From an uncultured delta proteobacterium (GTDB lineage Bacteria > Desulfobacterota > Desulfobacteria > Desulfobacterales > JAFDCJ01), in contig CAVYNY010000013.1 in the NCBI GenBank assembly GCA_963769935.1, positions 512,001-576,000 on the forward strand: a DNA stretch of 64,000 nucleotides. The letters run 5' to 3'. The notes under the pieces are model-generated. The model had not been told where the DNA came from. It ran no database searches and saw only the letters and a list, made by a program, of their open reading frames with translations. Shown here piece by piece: positions 42,200 to 51,759 of this stretch. The position numbers were made by a program, and so were the translations under genes. Every line of letters starts with the position of its first letter. Positions within the stretch are counted from its first letter, which is position 1.

Positions 42200-42474
42200 T
42201 AAAAGATGCTCCTTGCTGATGATGGTATGAATTCTATGTAACGAATACATATTTGTCAAGTATGTATTGAATATGCGACTTGAGGAAGGCCCATGCGTAA
42301 CTGGCAGGACAATTTGAATTGATTGAAGAAGAAAAGACTTGAACATTTCAGAATTATCGTGCGATATATCATCACTTGTAGGCGATCAGCTGTGCAGCCT
42401 TGGTGGATGCGCTTGCCAATTCGGTGTTGCCGGCAAGATAACAGGAACGAAATTGAAAAAATGATGGTATATCA

Positions 42475-43179
42475 ATGAATGAACAACAGGAGATTCATCA
42501 GACCGAACCTCCGTTGCAAAGGATACGGCTGCTTGAAGTCGGCGTATTTCTTTTTCTCATCCTACCTTCGATGCTATTGTCGGCTCCGATAGCGCGGACC
42601 GGCACCCTGAACTTTTCCTTTGTTGCGACGGTCAGTATGCTGCAGGATTTAGCGCTTCTCAGCCTGATTCTGTTTTTCGTATATAGGAATGCGGAAGGAT
42701 GGCAGTCGCTCGGACTGACTGCGAGAAATGGGGTGCGGGAACTTCTGGTGGGCATCCTGCTTTACATACCGTTCACTTTCATTGTCCGGCTCATCTCCCA
42801 TGCTCTCCAGTGGGCCGGCATCTCCCTCCCTCAAGAAGCACCCAAGTTTCTGATTCCTAATAATCCAGCGCAGACCGTGCTGGCCATCGTATTTCTCATC
42901 GTCGTCGCGGTGACTGAAGAGGTGCTTTTTCGCGGATATCTTCTTCTGCGTTTCAGGCAGCTGATAAAAAACACCACCGCGGCCGTGCTCTTTTCGGCAA
43001 TTATTTTTTCCGTCGGGCACGGGTACCAGGGACTTGCCGGAATGATTGCCGTGGGCGCCATGGGGATTGTGTTCGCCTTGATCTATCTGTGGAGACATAG
43101 CCTGCTGGCTGTCATGATGATCCACTTTTTGCAGGATTTCATGGCCATGATAGTCGGCCCATCTTTGCTGGGGCAATAA
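42475..43179 (+). CDS. CPBP (CAAX/Abi) intramembrane glutamic endopeptidase
   Basis: EEVLFRG, FSVGHGYQG, IHFLQD; multiple TM segments. Confidence 0.88.
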   Translation: MNEQQEIHQTEPPLQRIRLLEVGVFLFLILPSMLLSAPIARTGTLNFSFVATVSMLQDLALLSLILFFVYRNAEGWQSLGLTARNGVRELLVGILLYIPFTFIVRLISHALQWAGISLPQEAPKFLIPNNPAQTVLAIVFLIVVAVTEEVLFRGYLLLRFRQLIKNTTAAVLFSAIIFSVGHGYQGLAGMIAVGAMGIVFALIYLWRHSLLAVMMIHFLQDFMAMIVGPSLLGQ

Positions 43180-43605
43180 CGGCGGACGGTTAGAAAAGAA
43201 TCCCGGACCAGAGAGCCGGGCTTTGACTTCATCCCCGAGGGTAGTGTTGGCCGCCAGAGAATTCATGGAATAATGGAATAGTGGAAAAATGGAATATTGG
43301 GAGGAAATCCATGAAGCGATGACGGGCTTTATAATCTTTCTAATAGCTGCCCACCTGGTTATTTAATCAGATTAACCGCAGATATAAATTTTACATTATT
43401 TCCAAACCATGCAATTCGAGGATCAGGATTGTGATTTGCCCATAGGGCTTTAACTTTTTTATTTGCGGTCCTCCTTGCCGTGCCATCTTGTCCCGTCGTA
43501 GTTCGAAGAACGAAGTCGGGAGCTTTAGCGACGGTTGGTCAACGGCAAATAATAAATATTTTCTCTCTGCGTCCTTCGCGCCTCTGCGGTGAGATCCAAT
43601 TGTCG

Positions 43606-44237
43606 TCAGCTTCGTTTGAATGCAAGCTGCAGCCCGAGCCCGATAAACACCGTCCCGCTCACTTTCTGCATGAATTTTCCGATTTTTTCATTATTTCTGA
43701 GAGTGTTTGTCATAGATGAGGCCGAATAGGCCAGAATTGAACACCAGACCGCACCGGTCGCCATAAAGGTGCCGCCCAGCATCAGAAATGGCAGCGGACC
43801 ATAAGCGTTGTTCGCATTGATGAACTGCGGCAAAAAAGACAAAAAGAAAAGTGCCACTTTAGGATTCAGGACATTCGTAAGAATTCCTTGACGGTAGATT
43901 TTCAGCAGATCCGATCGTTCAAAGCTCAGGTTCTTGTTTTCAAATATCGGCGCGCGCGCTGCCAGCATTTTTAGGCCCAGATAGACCAGATACCCTGCGC
44001 CGACATATTTGACAAACAAAACAAAGTCGCCGAGGACCTTAAAATGAGCGATAAGCCTAAGGCGGCCAGCAGGGTATGGATTAGGCACCCGGTCTCTATA
44101 CCCAGCACGGATGCGATTCCGGCTTTTTTGCCTTGCGCCACACTGCGGGTTAAAATGTAAATTGTATCGGAGCCTGGGGTAAGATTAAGCAGGATGCCGA
44201 CCAGAATAAATCCCAAATAATTTTCGATACCGAACAT
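43606..44237 (-). pseudogene. LysE/RhtB family exporter, frameshifted near 44015-44022
   Basis: LNLTPGSD...G.ETG in one frame and KYVGAGYL, NPKVALFFL.FLPQF in another; shift lies in a T homopolymer (minus strand). Confidence 0.8.
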
Positions 44238-44432
44238 ATTGTTTTCTCCTATAAAAAAATGACAATTTTAACCGCCCCGAGATACAAGATTCATCCTATT
44301 GCCAAAGTTAAAATCGTGCCAATAATCATTATATCGGCAATATTCCGGCATTCCAATGCCGGTTAATCATTAAACCGCGTTTGTAAAACATAATTTCGAA
44401 CCTTTCCCGGATCCACCGGTCTGCAATGCATT

Positions 44433-46238
44433 ATGTATGCGAACCACTATCATTTAAAAGCCAAGCCCTTCGAAATAAGTCCGGACAGCCGTTTTTTCTG
44501 GCTTAGTGAAAAACATGCCGAAGCCCTCGCGACGCTTAAATATGGAATATTGGACAACAAAGGCTTTTTGCTGATTACCGGAGATGTGGGTACCGGAAAG
44601 ACCGCTCTGATCAATCGATTGATTGAAGATCTGAAAATAAAAGTAATTGTCGCCACTATACCTGATCCAGGTTTGGATTTAGTGGACTTTTTCAAAATAC
44701 TTGCATTTGAATTCAAAATAAAGGCTGAATTCCGCAGCAAGGGGGAGTTTCTAGTCCTATTCAAGAAGTTCCTGCATATTGCTTATGCCAAACACAACAG
44801 AGTGGTTCTAATAATTGATGAAGCTCAGCGATTGAGCTATGAACTGTTGGAACAAATTCGTCTTTTATCAAATATCGAATTGATCGAAAGGAAATTGATC
44901 AATATTTTCTTTGTCGGCCAAAGCGAATTCAACCATATTTTGATGGAAGAAAGAAACCGGGCGGTCAGGCAAAGAATAACATTAAGGTACAATATCGACC
45001 CCTTGACTCAAGAAGAAACGAACCGCTATATCAGGCATCGGCTTAAAATCGCCGGCGAGGCGGGTGAAATCTTCACTCCGGATGCAATTCGCGCAATATT
45101 TGCTTATACCCATGGGAATCCCCGTTTAATAAATATTATCTGCGATCATGCCTTGCTTGCCGGGTATATATTGGGCATCCATTCGATAGACCGCCCGGTG
45201 ATCGAAGATTGTGAAAGGGATTTAAATTTCAGCCTCCCTTTTTATGATAAATTTGCTCCCAACGAGAAACAAGAAGATATCCTGATTGCTGAAGAAGTCA
45301 TGGTGTATTCGACCGGATCCGGGAAAAATTCCGGTGCCAGAAAGATGGGGCTGATCCTTTCACTGGTAATGGCGGCGGTGTTCGCTTTCAGCGCTCATTT
45401 GTACAAATATTTAAACGGCAGGCACGCCGGGCGCCCTGTAAAGATAGCCGCATCTGATGCATATCACGGATTTTTGCCGGCCAAAGGCGGACCATTTGGA
45501 GCTATTGCCGATATCGCCAACCGGCATAGAGCAGTGCAGCCGGAAAAAAACGGCAGCGTAAACGACCAGCCGAATCAAACCCGAGACCGGCAGCCCGCAG
45601 AATTCGAAAAACAAACCGGCAGTATATTCGAAATGGACATTGCCGATGAAGTATCTCCGGTTAATCGATCCGGGGATAATGCGGCCGGAAAGGAACAGAC
45701 TCAACCGGTTGACTCGACAGGATTGAATGAAAAAACACCGACGGTTCGAATCGTCAGGAAACCGATAGAACCGATTGCGCCGGCAACTTCAGGGCCGCAA
45801 AAGACAGAGGCTGCTTCATCCGCTTCCGACAAATTCAGCTTCAAATACCCTGAGGTTGCCGGGCTGTCTTTGGAAAAAACAGCGCGCCCGGCGCCTGCGA
45901 CCAAGAAAGTTACCTTGAATTTCGACCGCTATTCAAGTGAGCTGTCGGCTTTTGATATAGAAAAACTTGACATGGTTGCCCGCCTCATATCACATTACCC
46001 GAAAGCGAAAATAATAATTGAAGGTTATACGGATTCTGCCGGAAATTATGACTTCAACAAAGAGCTTTCGGAATTTCGAGCGCGGGTGGTAGAAAACTAT
46101 TTCATAGCCGCAGGGCTAGCGCCGGAAAATATTCGGGTTATTGGAAGAGGGTCTGAGAATCCGATCGCAGGAAATGACACCCTTGAGGGAAGAAGACGAA
46201 ACCGTCGGGTTGAAATAAAAATTAAGGATAAGATATGA
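44433..46238 (+). CDS. ExeA-like AAA ATPase with TM segment, linker and C-terminal OmpA-like domain
   Basis: GDVGTGKT, IIDEAQ, GNPRLIN.ICDHALL; IEGYTDS.G, N..LS..RA, RRNRRVEI. Confidence 0.85.
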   Translation: MYANHYHLKAKPFEISPDSRFFWLSEKHAEALATLKYGILDNKGFLLITGDVGTGKTALINRLIEDLKIKVIVATIPDPGLDLVDFFKILAFEFKIKAEFRSKGEFLVLFKKFLHIAYAKHNRVVLIIDEAQRLSYELLEQIRLLSNIELIERKLINIFFVGQSEFNHILMEERNRAVRQRITLRYNIDPLTQEETNRYIRHRLKIAGEAGEIFTPDAIRAIFAYTHGNPRLINIICDHALLAGYILGIHSIDRPVIEDCERDLNFSLPFYDKFAPNEKQEDILIAEEVMVYSTGSGKNSGARKMGLILSLVMAAVFAFSAHLYKYLNGRHAGRPVKIAASDAYHGFLPAKGGPFGAIADIANRHRAVQPEKNGSVNDQPNQTRDRQPAEFEKQTGSIFEMDIADEVSPVNRSGDNAAGKEQTQPVDSTGLNEKTPTVRIVRKPIEPIAPATSGPQKTEAASSASDKFSFKYPEVAGLSLEKTARPAPATKKVTLNFDRYSSELSAFDIEKLDMVARLISHYPKAKIIIEGYTDSAGNYDFNKELSEFRARVVENYFIAAGLAPENIRVIGRGSENPIAGNDTLEGRRRNRRVEIKIKDKI

Positions 46239-46904
46239 AGCACCAAATAATCCTCCCATAGTTTAACTGGTGAACCGGCTGCAACAACCGGCAGACCATT
46301 CCCGTCTGTCTCCGTTTCTCCGGTTCACCGTCTCATCCCTTCAAACCCCATTCCCCAATTTCTAACTTTTTCATACCCTCACACCCTCTTACCTTCCTAC
46401 CCTCTATCCGTCCACCGTTTCCCCGATTCTCCGATTCTCCGGTTCATCCTTTCATGCCGTTTCCCCGCTTCTATTTCCAATTTCGGTTCTATCTTTTAAC
46501 AATAAAATTTTTTGGTTTACACTCAAAAATTCTTTCGCTATTATCAAAACCAGATTGTTTCCACAAAATTCTCTCACCAAAAAGATATTAAACTGCAGGG
46601 CCGTGTTACATACAAAATATGCAACTCTCAATAGTGGATTTGAATTTGCAGAATCCGGAGCATTCCGAAGGATAAAAAATCCAAACAATCCGGTGCCTGT
46701 ATTTTTTTAAATAATTCAGCCGTCAATCCATTTACTAAGACGAGCATAATTCATTAGATATAAGGCTGGAATCAGAACCGAAAATCGACCTTCACCGTGC
46801 GCCGAATACCCTTCGCCGAATGCCGCTTATCAACCGGCAAAATCTTGCTGTGTGGCATAGGCAGTTTATGTCTACTTAATTATGGCCTTCTCTGCAACAC
46901 GTTC

Positions 46905-46972
46905 GTAGGGTGGGCAATGCCCACCGTCAACAGCCGGGATAGACGCTATTTTGTGGGCATTGCCTACCCTAC
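46905..46972. repeat. GTAG-family REP doublet (REPIN)
   Basis: GTAGGGTGGGCAATGCCCAC ... GTGGGCATTGCCTACCCTAC inverted pair, each arm with an internal hairpin. Confidence 0.8.
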
Positions 46973-47093
46973 GATATAAAATTTCCGCAAGGTTAGCACA
47001 CAGTAAATAATTAGCACACAGTATATAAAATGAATCTGGCTTGCTTGAACTTGGATGCAATTTCCCTTTGGGAAAAGGTGTCCGGAATAATTT

Positions 47094-47304
47094 TTAATTT
47101 TCTTTGACGATTATAGGAGCCTGCTGTTTTGGAGTCGATTTTTTCCGGCAATCATCAAATTCTGACCGGATGAGTTCGTAATAAAAACGGATTGCCACGT
47201 CGGCCTGCTTTTGTTGAGCGGCAGTTTGTTTTTTCGCTTTTAATTTTCCGATAAAATCCGGGAGGATTTGCGGATTGGATTCGCTGATACCGTTCTTATG
47301 ACCC
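47094..47304 (-). pseudogene. Fragment resembling the N-terminal extension of long integron integrases
   Basis: Hand translation HKNGISESNPQILPDFIGKLKAKKQTAAQQKQADVAIRFYYEL; no start codon. Confidence 0.5.
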
Positions 47305-47388
47305 CAATTAAGCAGAGCAATATCGCTGTCAACACAAAAGATCGTAATTGGTTTCGTATCACAATTGAATAGAGATTTTTAGGATAAA

Positions 47389-47447
47389 GGGTCGCGTTTT
47401 GATTTGTGATTATAGAGGCCCTTTAATCACTGATTAAGATCTGACCC
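47389..47447. repeat. ~60-bp GGGTC...GACCC palindromic element
   Basis: GGGTCGCGTTTTGATTTGTGATTA ... TAATCACTGATTAAGATCTGACCC; second copy at 60345-60406. Confidence 0.75.
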
Positions 47448-47627
47448 TGGCGTCTGCTTATTCTCTTTTATTTTTGACACAATATGGACTGCTTTCTATT
47501 ATTACAGAATAGTAAGCGCTTTTGATCCATAATTGCCTACTTTCGCCCATGTTGTTATTGCAACTATGCGGTACTTGCTATAAAGACCAAACGGATATTG
47601 AGCCCCGGCAACTTGACCCGAAAAATC

Positions 47628-48442
47628 CTAAAAGTCCGCAGGGTTTATTACCGACAGGCCAGGCCTGTTCAGTACGTGGGTGTAAATCATTGTAGTGGAG
47701 ACATCCGCATGCCCTAGTAATTCCTGCACTGTGCGAATGTCGTAGTGCGCTTCAAGGAGATGCGTGGCAAAGGAGTGGCGCAAGGGTATGGCAACTGACC
47801 TTTTTGTTTATCCCCGCCCGCATAGCCGCCATTTTGACGGCCCTTTGCACCAGGTTTTCATTGATATGGTGCCGCCTTACCTTGCCGCTGCGGGGATCCA
47901 CAGACAGGCTTTTCGCTGGAAACACATACTGCCAGATCCATTCGGAGGCCGCCTCCATACATCAAGCCCGCCATGAGCGCGGTGATCCCTTCCATCTGAT
48001 CCAAAAGGGCCCGGACCTCATCCCGGGTCATCACCTCGGACAACCGCTGCGGACGCTTGGCCCTCACAAAAGTCTCCATCTCGCCAATGGGCTTTTTCAG
48101 GGCATGATTGAAGAAAAACACCAGAGCATTGAGGGCCTGGTTTTGTGTGCTGGCCGCAACTTCCCTCTCTACCGCGAGATAGTCAAGGTATTCCTTCACC
48201 GAGCGGGTTGCATCGATCCCTCCAGGGTCGGCGTAACCCTGAAAGGCGATGAAGCGCCTTACCCAATCCAGATAGGCTTTCTCCGTGCGGATCGAATAAT
48301 GGCGGCTGCGAATTTCCGTCCTGAGGGCATCGACCAGCGGAGAAAAAAGACGCTCAATCTCGCCTGGAATCACCCGGTCACGGAAAGTGCCCGTATTCTG
48401 TGTAACGCGAGTGGTCCGTTTCTTTTTCTCAGTCTGCGTCAC
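47628..48442 (-). pseudogene. intI: Integron integrase IntI with an internal deletion and a frameshift
   Basis: [29 protein letters not shown] joined to [14 protein letters not shown], then after one extra base RHSFATHLL...[22 protein letters not shown]. Confidence 0.9.
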
Positions 48443-48626
48443 GGACTCGGTCGTGCTTTCAGGAGTATAATCAGGAAGAAATGCCTCATAAAGAATTTTA
48501 TTTATCTAGTGGTTTTTAGATTTTGGTACAAACCGATGTTCGCAGGATATATAGCGATAATTTGTTTCTTTGTGTATTTATTTCTGCATGTGTTTGAGTT
48601 GCTTACTCCAATAATGAAATTCAAGC

Positions 48627-48729
48627 GATAAAAAAAGCGTAGAGCAGACGGCGTGTAGTTCGCGGTTTTACGTAAAGGCTGTGCAAACTTGAAACTCTTC
48701 AGGGCCGCTGCTCACGCTCAACGTTGGCC
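48627..48729 (+). other. attC site 1 (R'' box degenerate)
   Basis: GCGTAGAGCAG ... CTGCTCACGC with one unpaired base; R' GTTGGCC at 48723. Confidence 0.65.
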
Positions 48730-48737
48730 GCACAGGG

Positions 48738-48766
48738 TTGACAAATTCTATCGATGTCGCTATCGT
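48738..48766 (+). promoter_or_regulatory. Cassette-internal sigma70 promoter
   Basis: TTGACA, 17-bp spacer, TATCGT; repeated ATCGAT palindromes as possible operator. Confidence 0.6.
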
Positions 48767-48797
48767 AATACCATATTATGATCGATGGAGGTGTTAC

Positions 48798-49004
48798 ATG
48801 CAAACCGTTACAGTTTCTCCGAAATATCAGGTCGTTATACCGAAAAACATAAGAGACGCTTTGAAACTGCGGCCTGGTCAGAAAATGAGAGTGTTTGAAT
48901 ATGATGGACGAATTGAACTGATTCCCGACCGGGATATCTCCGAACTCAGGGGATTTCTGAAGGGAATCGACACACGCGTCGAGCGTGAGAAAGACCGCCT
49001 ATGA
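48798..49004 (+). CDS. AbrB/MazE-type antitoxin (gene cassette)
   Basis: VSPKYQVVIPK.IR.AL.LRPGQ; GGAGG RBS. Confidence 0.9.
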   Translation: MQTVTVSPKYQVVIPKNIRDALKLRPGQKMRVFEYDGRIELIPDRDISELRGFLKGIDTRVEREKDRL

Positions 49005-49372
49005 ATATCATTGATTCCTCGGGCTGGCTGGAATATTTTTCAAATGGACCGAATGCAAAACACTATTTGCCTCCCTTAAATGATACATCCTCATTAATAG
49101 TTCCCGTCATAACAATTTACGAGGTATTTAAAGTCGTGCTCCGAGAATCCGCTGAAAATGAGGCACTTCAGGCGGTTGCAGCAATGCAAAAGGGAAAAAT
49201 CGTCGATCTCAACGCTAATTTAGCGATGGATGCTTCAAAACTGAGTCTGCAACACAATCTTCCCATGGCCGATAGTATCATTTTAGCAACTGCGCGAGCG
49301 CACAATTGTGTTATTTGGACACAGGATTCAGATTTTCAAGATATTGAAGGTGTGAATTACTTTCCAGTATAG
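49001..49372 (+). CDS. VapC/PIN toxin (gene cassette)
   Basis: IDSSGWLEYF, IYEVFK, LPMADSIILATA, WTQDSDF. Confidence 0.9.
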   Translation: MNIIDSSGWLEYFSNGPNAKHYLPPLNDTSSLIVPVITIYEVFKVVLRESAENEALQAVAAMQKGKIVDLNANLAMDASKLSLQHNLPMADSIILATARAHNCVIWTQDSDFQDIEGVNYFPV

Positions 49373-49380
49373 GCGGGCTC

Positions 49381-49466
49381 AGCCAACATCGGCGTGGAGC
49401 AGACGCCGAGGAATTGGCGCCTAAAGCGGAATGCCGAGGCGGTGCTGCTCACGCCGGGCGTTGGGT
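49381..49466 (+). other. attC site 2
   Basis: AGCCAAC ... GCGTGGAGCAG ... CTGCTCACGC ... GTTGGGT; GCCAAC complements the cassette-opening GTTGGC. Confidence 0.85.
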
Positions 49467-49489
49467 GCCCTCCTTAACAAATTCACCTC

Positions 49490-49517
49490 TTGACTTGATA
49501 TCATTATGTGATATCAT
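49490..49517 (+). promoter_or_regulatory. hicAB promoter with palindromic operator
   Basis: TTGACT ... TATCAT overlapped by two TGATATCA palindromes (49496-49503, 49509-49516). Confidence 0.6.
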
Positions 49518-49523
49518 TTTGCT

Positions 49524-49778
49524 ATGAACAAAAAACAACGGCGAACGTTTGAACGAATTTTTGAGCAACCAGTACGAAGCGATATCCTGTGGACTGAAAT
49601 TGAAAAATTGTTTCAGGCGTTGGGAGCGGATATATCGGAAGGGAGAGGATCACGAGTCCGGGTGGCTCTGACTGATGTACGAGCTATTTTTCACAGACCT
49701 CACCCGGAACGTGTGACAAACCAATCCACAATCCGTTCAGTGCGTAGATTTTTAAAAGAAGCGGGGGTGAAACGCTAA
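49524..49778 (+). CDS. hicA: HicA family toxin (gene cassette)
   Basis: EGRGSRVRV.L, FHRPHP. Confidence 0.9.
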   Translation: MNKKQRRTFERIFEQPVRSDILWTEIEKLFQALGADISEGRGSRVRVALTDVRAIFHRPHPERVTNQSTIRSVRRFLKEAGVKR

Positions 49779-50119
49779 TGGAATACAAGGGTTATTCTGC
49801 AAAAATCGAATTTGACGAAGATGCAAATATCTTCCACGGTGAAGTCATTAATTTGCGTGACGTTATCACATTCGAGGGTGAAACCGTTGATGGGTTACGA
49901 CAGGCTTTTCAGGAATCGGTGGACGATTATTTAGAATTTTGTGCTGAGCGGGGGGAAGACCCGGAAAAGCCTTATTCTGGAAAATTTGTAGTTCGTGTTG
50001 AACCCGAACTGCACAAACGCATTACAATTGAGGCTCGAAAAAGAGGGGTGAGCATCAATGCGCTAGTAGGCGAAGCGCTATCAAAAACAATGGATGAAAG
50101 CTCCCAACAAAGCATTTGA
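49778..50119 (+). CDS. hicB: HicB family antitoxin (gene cassette)
   Basis: MEYKGY, DVITFEG, SVDDYL, SGKF.VR..PELH. Confidence 0.9.
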   Translation: MEYKGYSAKIEFDEDANIFHGEVINLRDVITFEGETVDGLRQAFQESVDDYLEFCAERGEDPEKPYSGKFVVRVEPELHKRITIEARKRGVSINALVGEALSKTMDESSQQSI

Positions 50120-50226
50120 GAGGGACGGCTAAAACGAGGCGCTTGGAAGAGTTCCTTACGCACCCGGGGGTGCAGTTGTTGAAAATGCACGCATCATGAC
50201 CGCCGCCCCTCAATTCCACGTCGGCT
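50102..50226 (+). other. attC site 3 (R' GTC variant), overlapping the hicB 3' end
   Basis: TCCCAAC complements the cassette-opening GTTGGG; TTGAGAGGGACGGC pairs with GCCGCCCCTCAA; ends in GTCGGCT. Confidence 0.7.
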
Positions 50227-50241
50227 ACTGGATTGTACTCA

Positions 50242-50871
50242 ATGAACCACAATGTTCCGCTGGCACACTTCGACCGAGGGGAGGCGTTCTACCCGCTGAC
50301 AATGCAGTACGTCATTCAACTATTCGGGTTTAAGGAACTGGCGGTTCGCAGCGTCGTGGCAGAGCATGGCGCACAAGAGGTTGTCGGTAAAATCACAGGA
50401 CTGTCCCCTGATAAATTCGCAGATGCAGCGAACATGGCTACGAACCTCGATAAGCTGCTCGGTCCGTTGAGTTTGCGATCCTCGATCAGAGCGGAGCCAC
50501 TGCAAGTTCCTATTGATGACATCGGGACGGAGGTCGGGTCCAACGTCTGATTCTTAGGCAACTACCTCCTGTTGTCCGCCGGGAGCATGCTGGTTTTGGC
50601 GCATGGGCTGTGCAAGGGCAAGGCAGCCCATGACACCGGACCACTTTGGGAGTTTCTTCGTCACTGCCGGAATGCGGCGGGACACGGCGGCAAGTTCAAC
50701 TTCAAGCACGGGGAGCCACGGCGGCCTGCAAAGTGGGGCGCTGTTGAAATCGTCTTAGGGCTTCAAGGAAGCCCGCTGTTTAAGGGAGCGGACGGTGTTG
50801 GCCTTCTGGGTCCAGCTGACCCGATTTTGCTTCTTTGGGACATCGAACAGGCCTACCCCACGCTCACATAA
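50242..50871 (+). pseudogene. Cassette ORF with HEPN-like RNxxxH motif, interrupted by in-frame TGA at 50548
   Basis: ORFs 50233-50550 and 50572-50871 share one frame; EFLRHCRNAAGHGG. Confidence 0.55.
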
Positions 50872-51076
50872 CTTCAGCAGCCGCCCGCCCCACTATTGCG
50901 TGGTGCGCAGGCAAGGCAGGCCGACGGGATACCCGGACGCCCATTTGGCTCATTGGTGGCGTTGTGTTCCATGCATTGCCCGAGCCATCCGTGCCTTTGA
51001 AAAAGATCGAGATCTGATTATGTTCTGCTTAATAGCACAGAATACAGTCAAAAAGAGTTAAGGAGGAAAGTGAGAC

Positions 51077-51592
51077 ATGGCGACTTCAACCGGGAAACAA
51101 TTGGCTCAAAACGTTCGGCAGAAGATTGAAGACCTGAAGAAAGTCTGTGAAGGGGTTGATGAGAACACAGCCTCGCGTGCGCCCGAAGGACGATGGTCTC
51201 CCAAGGAAATCCTTTCTCACCTATCGGGACCCGAAGGCTCGGGCCATCTTCCGATTCTGAAATCATTCCTGGACCAGGACACGCCCAGGATCGATCTTCA
51301 GGCCGAGGACCCTTTTTTTTCTGAAAAACGCGCCCGAATGACCTTTGCAGAGCTCTTTTCAGAGGTCGAGAAGGAATACGATCGTATCTCTGAGTTTGCC
51401 GCCGGCCTATCCGGGGAACAGCTCGACCGAAAAGCGCATATTCCCCTGCTCAAAGACTCGCCGCTGGGGGAGTACCCGACGCTGGAGGGGCTGATCGGGG
51501 GCTTGGGATCCTATCATATCCAATTTCATATTGACCATATGCGTGAGATCCTGAAGGGTCTGGGCACTCGAACTGGAGTCGGACTTCAGTGA
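51077..51592 (+). CDS. DinB-like family protein
   Basis: [29 protein letters not shown]. Confidence 0.75.
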   Translation: MATSTGKQLAQNVRQKIEDLKKVCEGVDENTASRAPEGRWSPKEILSHLSGPEGSGHLPILKSFLDQDTPRIDLQAEDPFFSEKRARMTFAELFSEVEKEYDRISEFAAGLSGEQLDRKAHIPLLKDSPLGEYPTLEGLIGGLGSYHIQFHIDHMREILKGLGTRTGVGLQ

Positions 51593-51759
51593 AAGCCCGA
51601 CAATTATGGATGTATGCTGAAAATAGTCCCGTTTTTCGGGCTTAACTGATATTTTTGACACCAAAAAGCTCGGTTTAGGAAAAATACCAATTACTGGACG
51701 GCCCCATAGCTGCCTATACCCCTAAATGTATCTTTTCGCCGGTATAAAGAGCATTCTAA

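Noticed and set aside
44296..44312. Possible sigma54 promoter TTGGCACG on the minus strand upstream of lysE
   Set aside because: The -12 TTGC element is missing at the required spacing.
47538..47576. Possible dif site downstream of intI
   Set aside because: Only a partial CGCATA match; no XerD arm (TTATGTTAAA).
48530..48545. attI candidate AAACCGATGTTCGC
   Set aside because: GTTCGCA deviates from GTTRRRY, has no complementary R'' at the next attC, and lies within a probable ORF remnant.
47804..48631. 275-aa plus-strand ORF
   Set aside because: Mostly antisense to intI; only the hydrophobic tail may be a real cassette remnant.
50548..50550. Selenocysteine reading of the in-frame TGA
   Set aside because: No redox-motif context and no clear SECIS hairpin recognised; a nonsense mutation is simpler.
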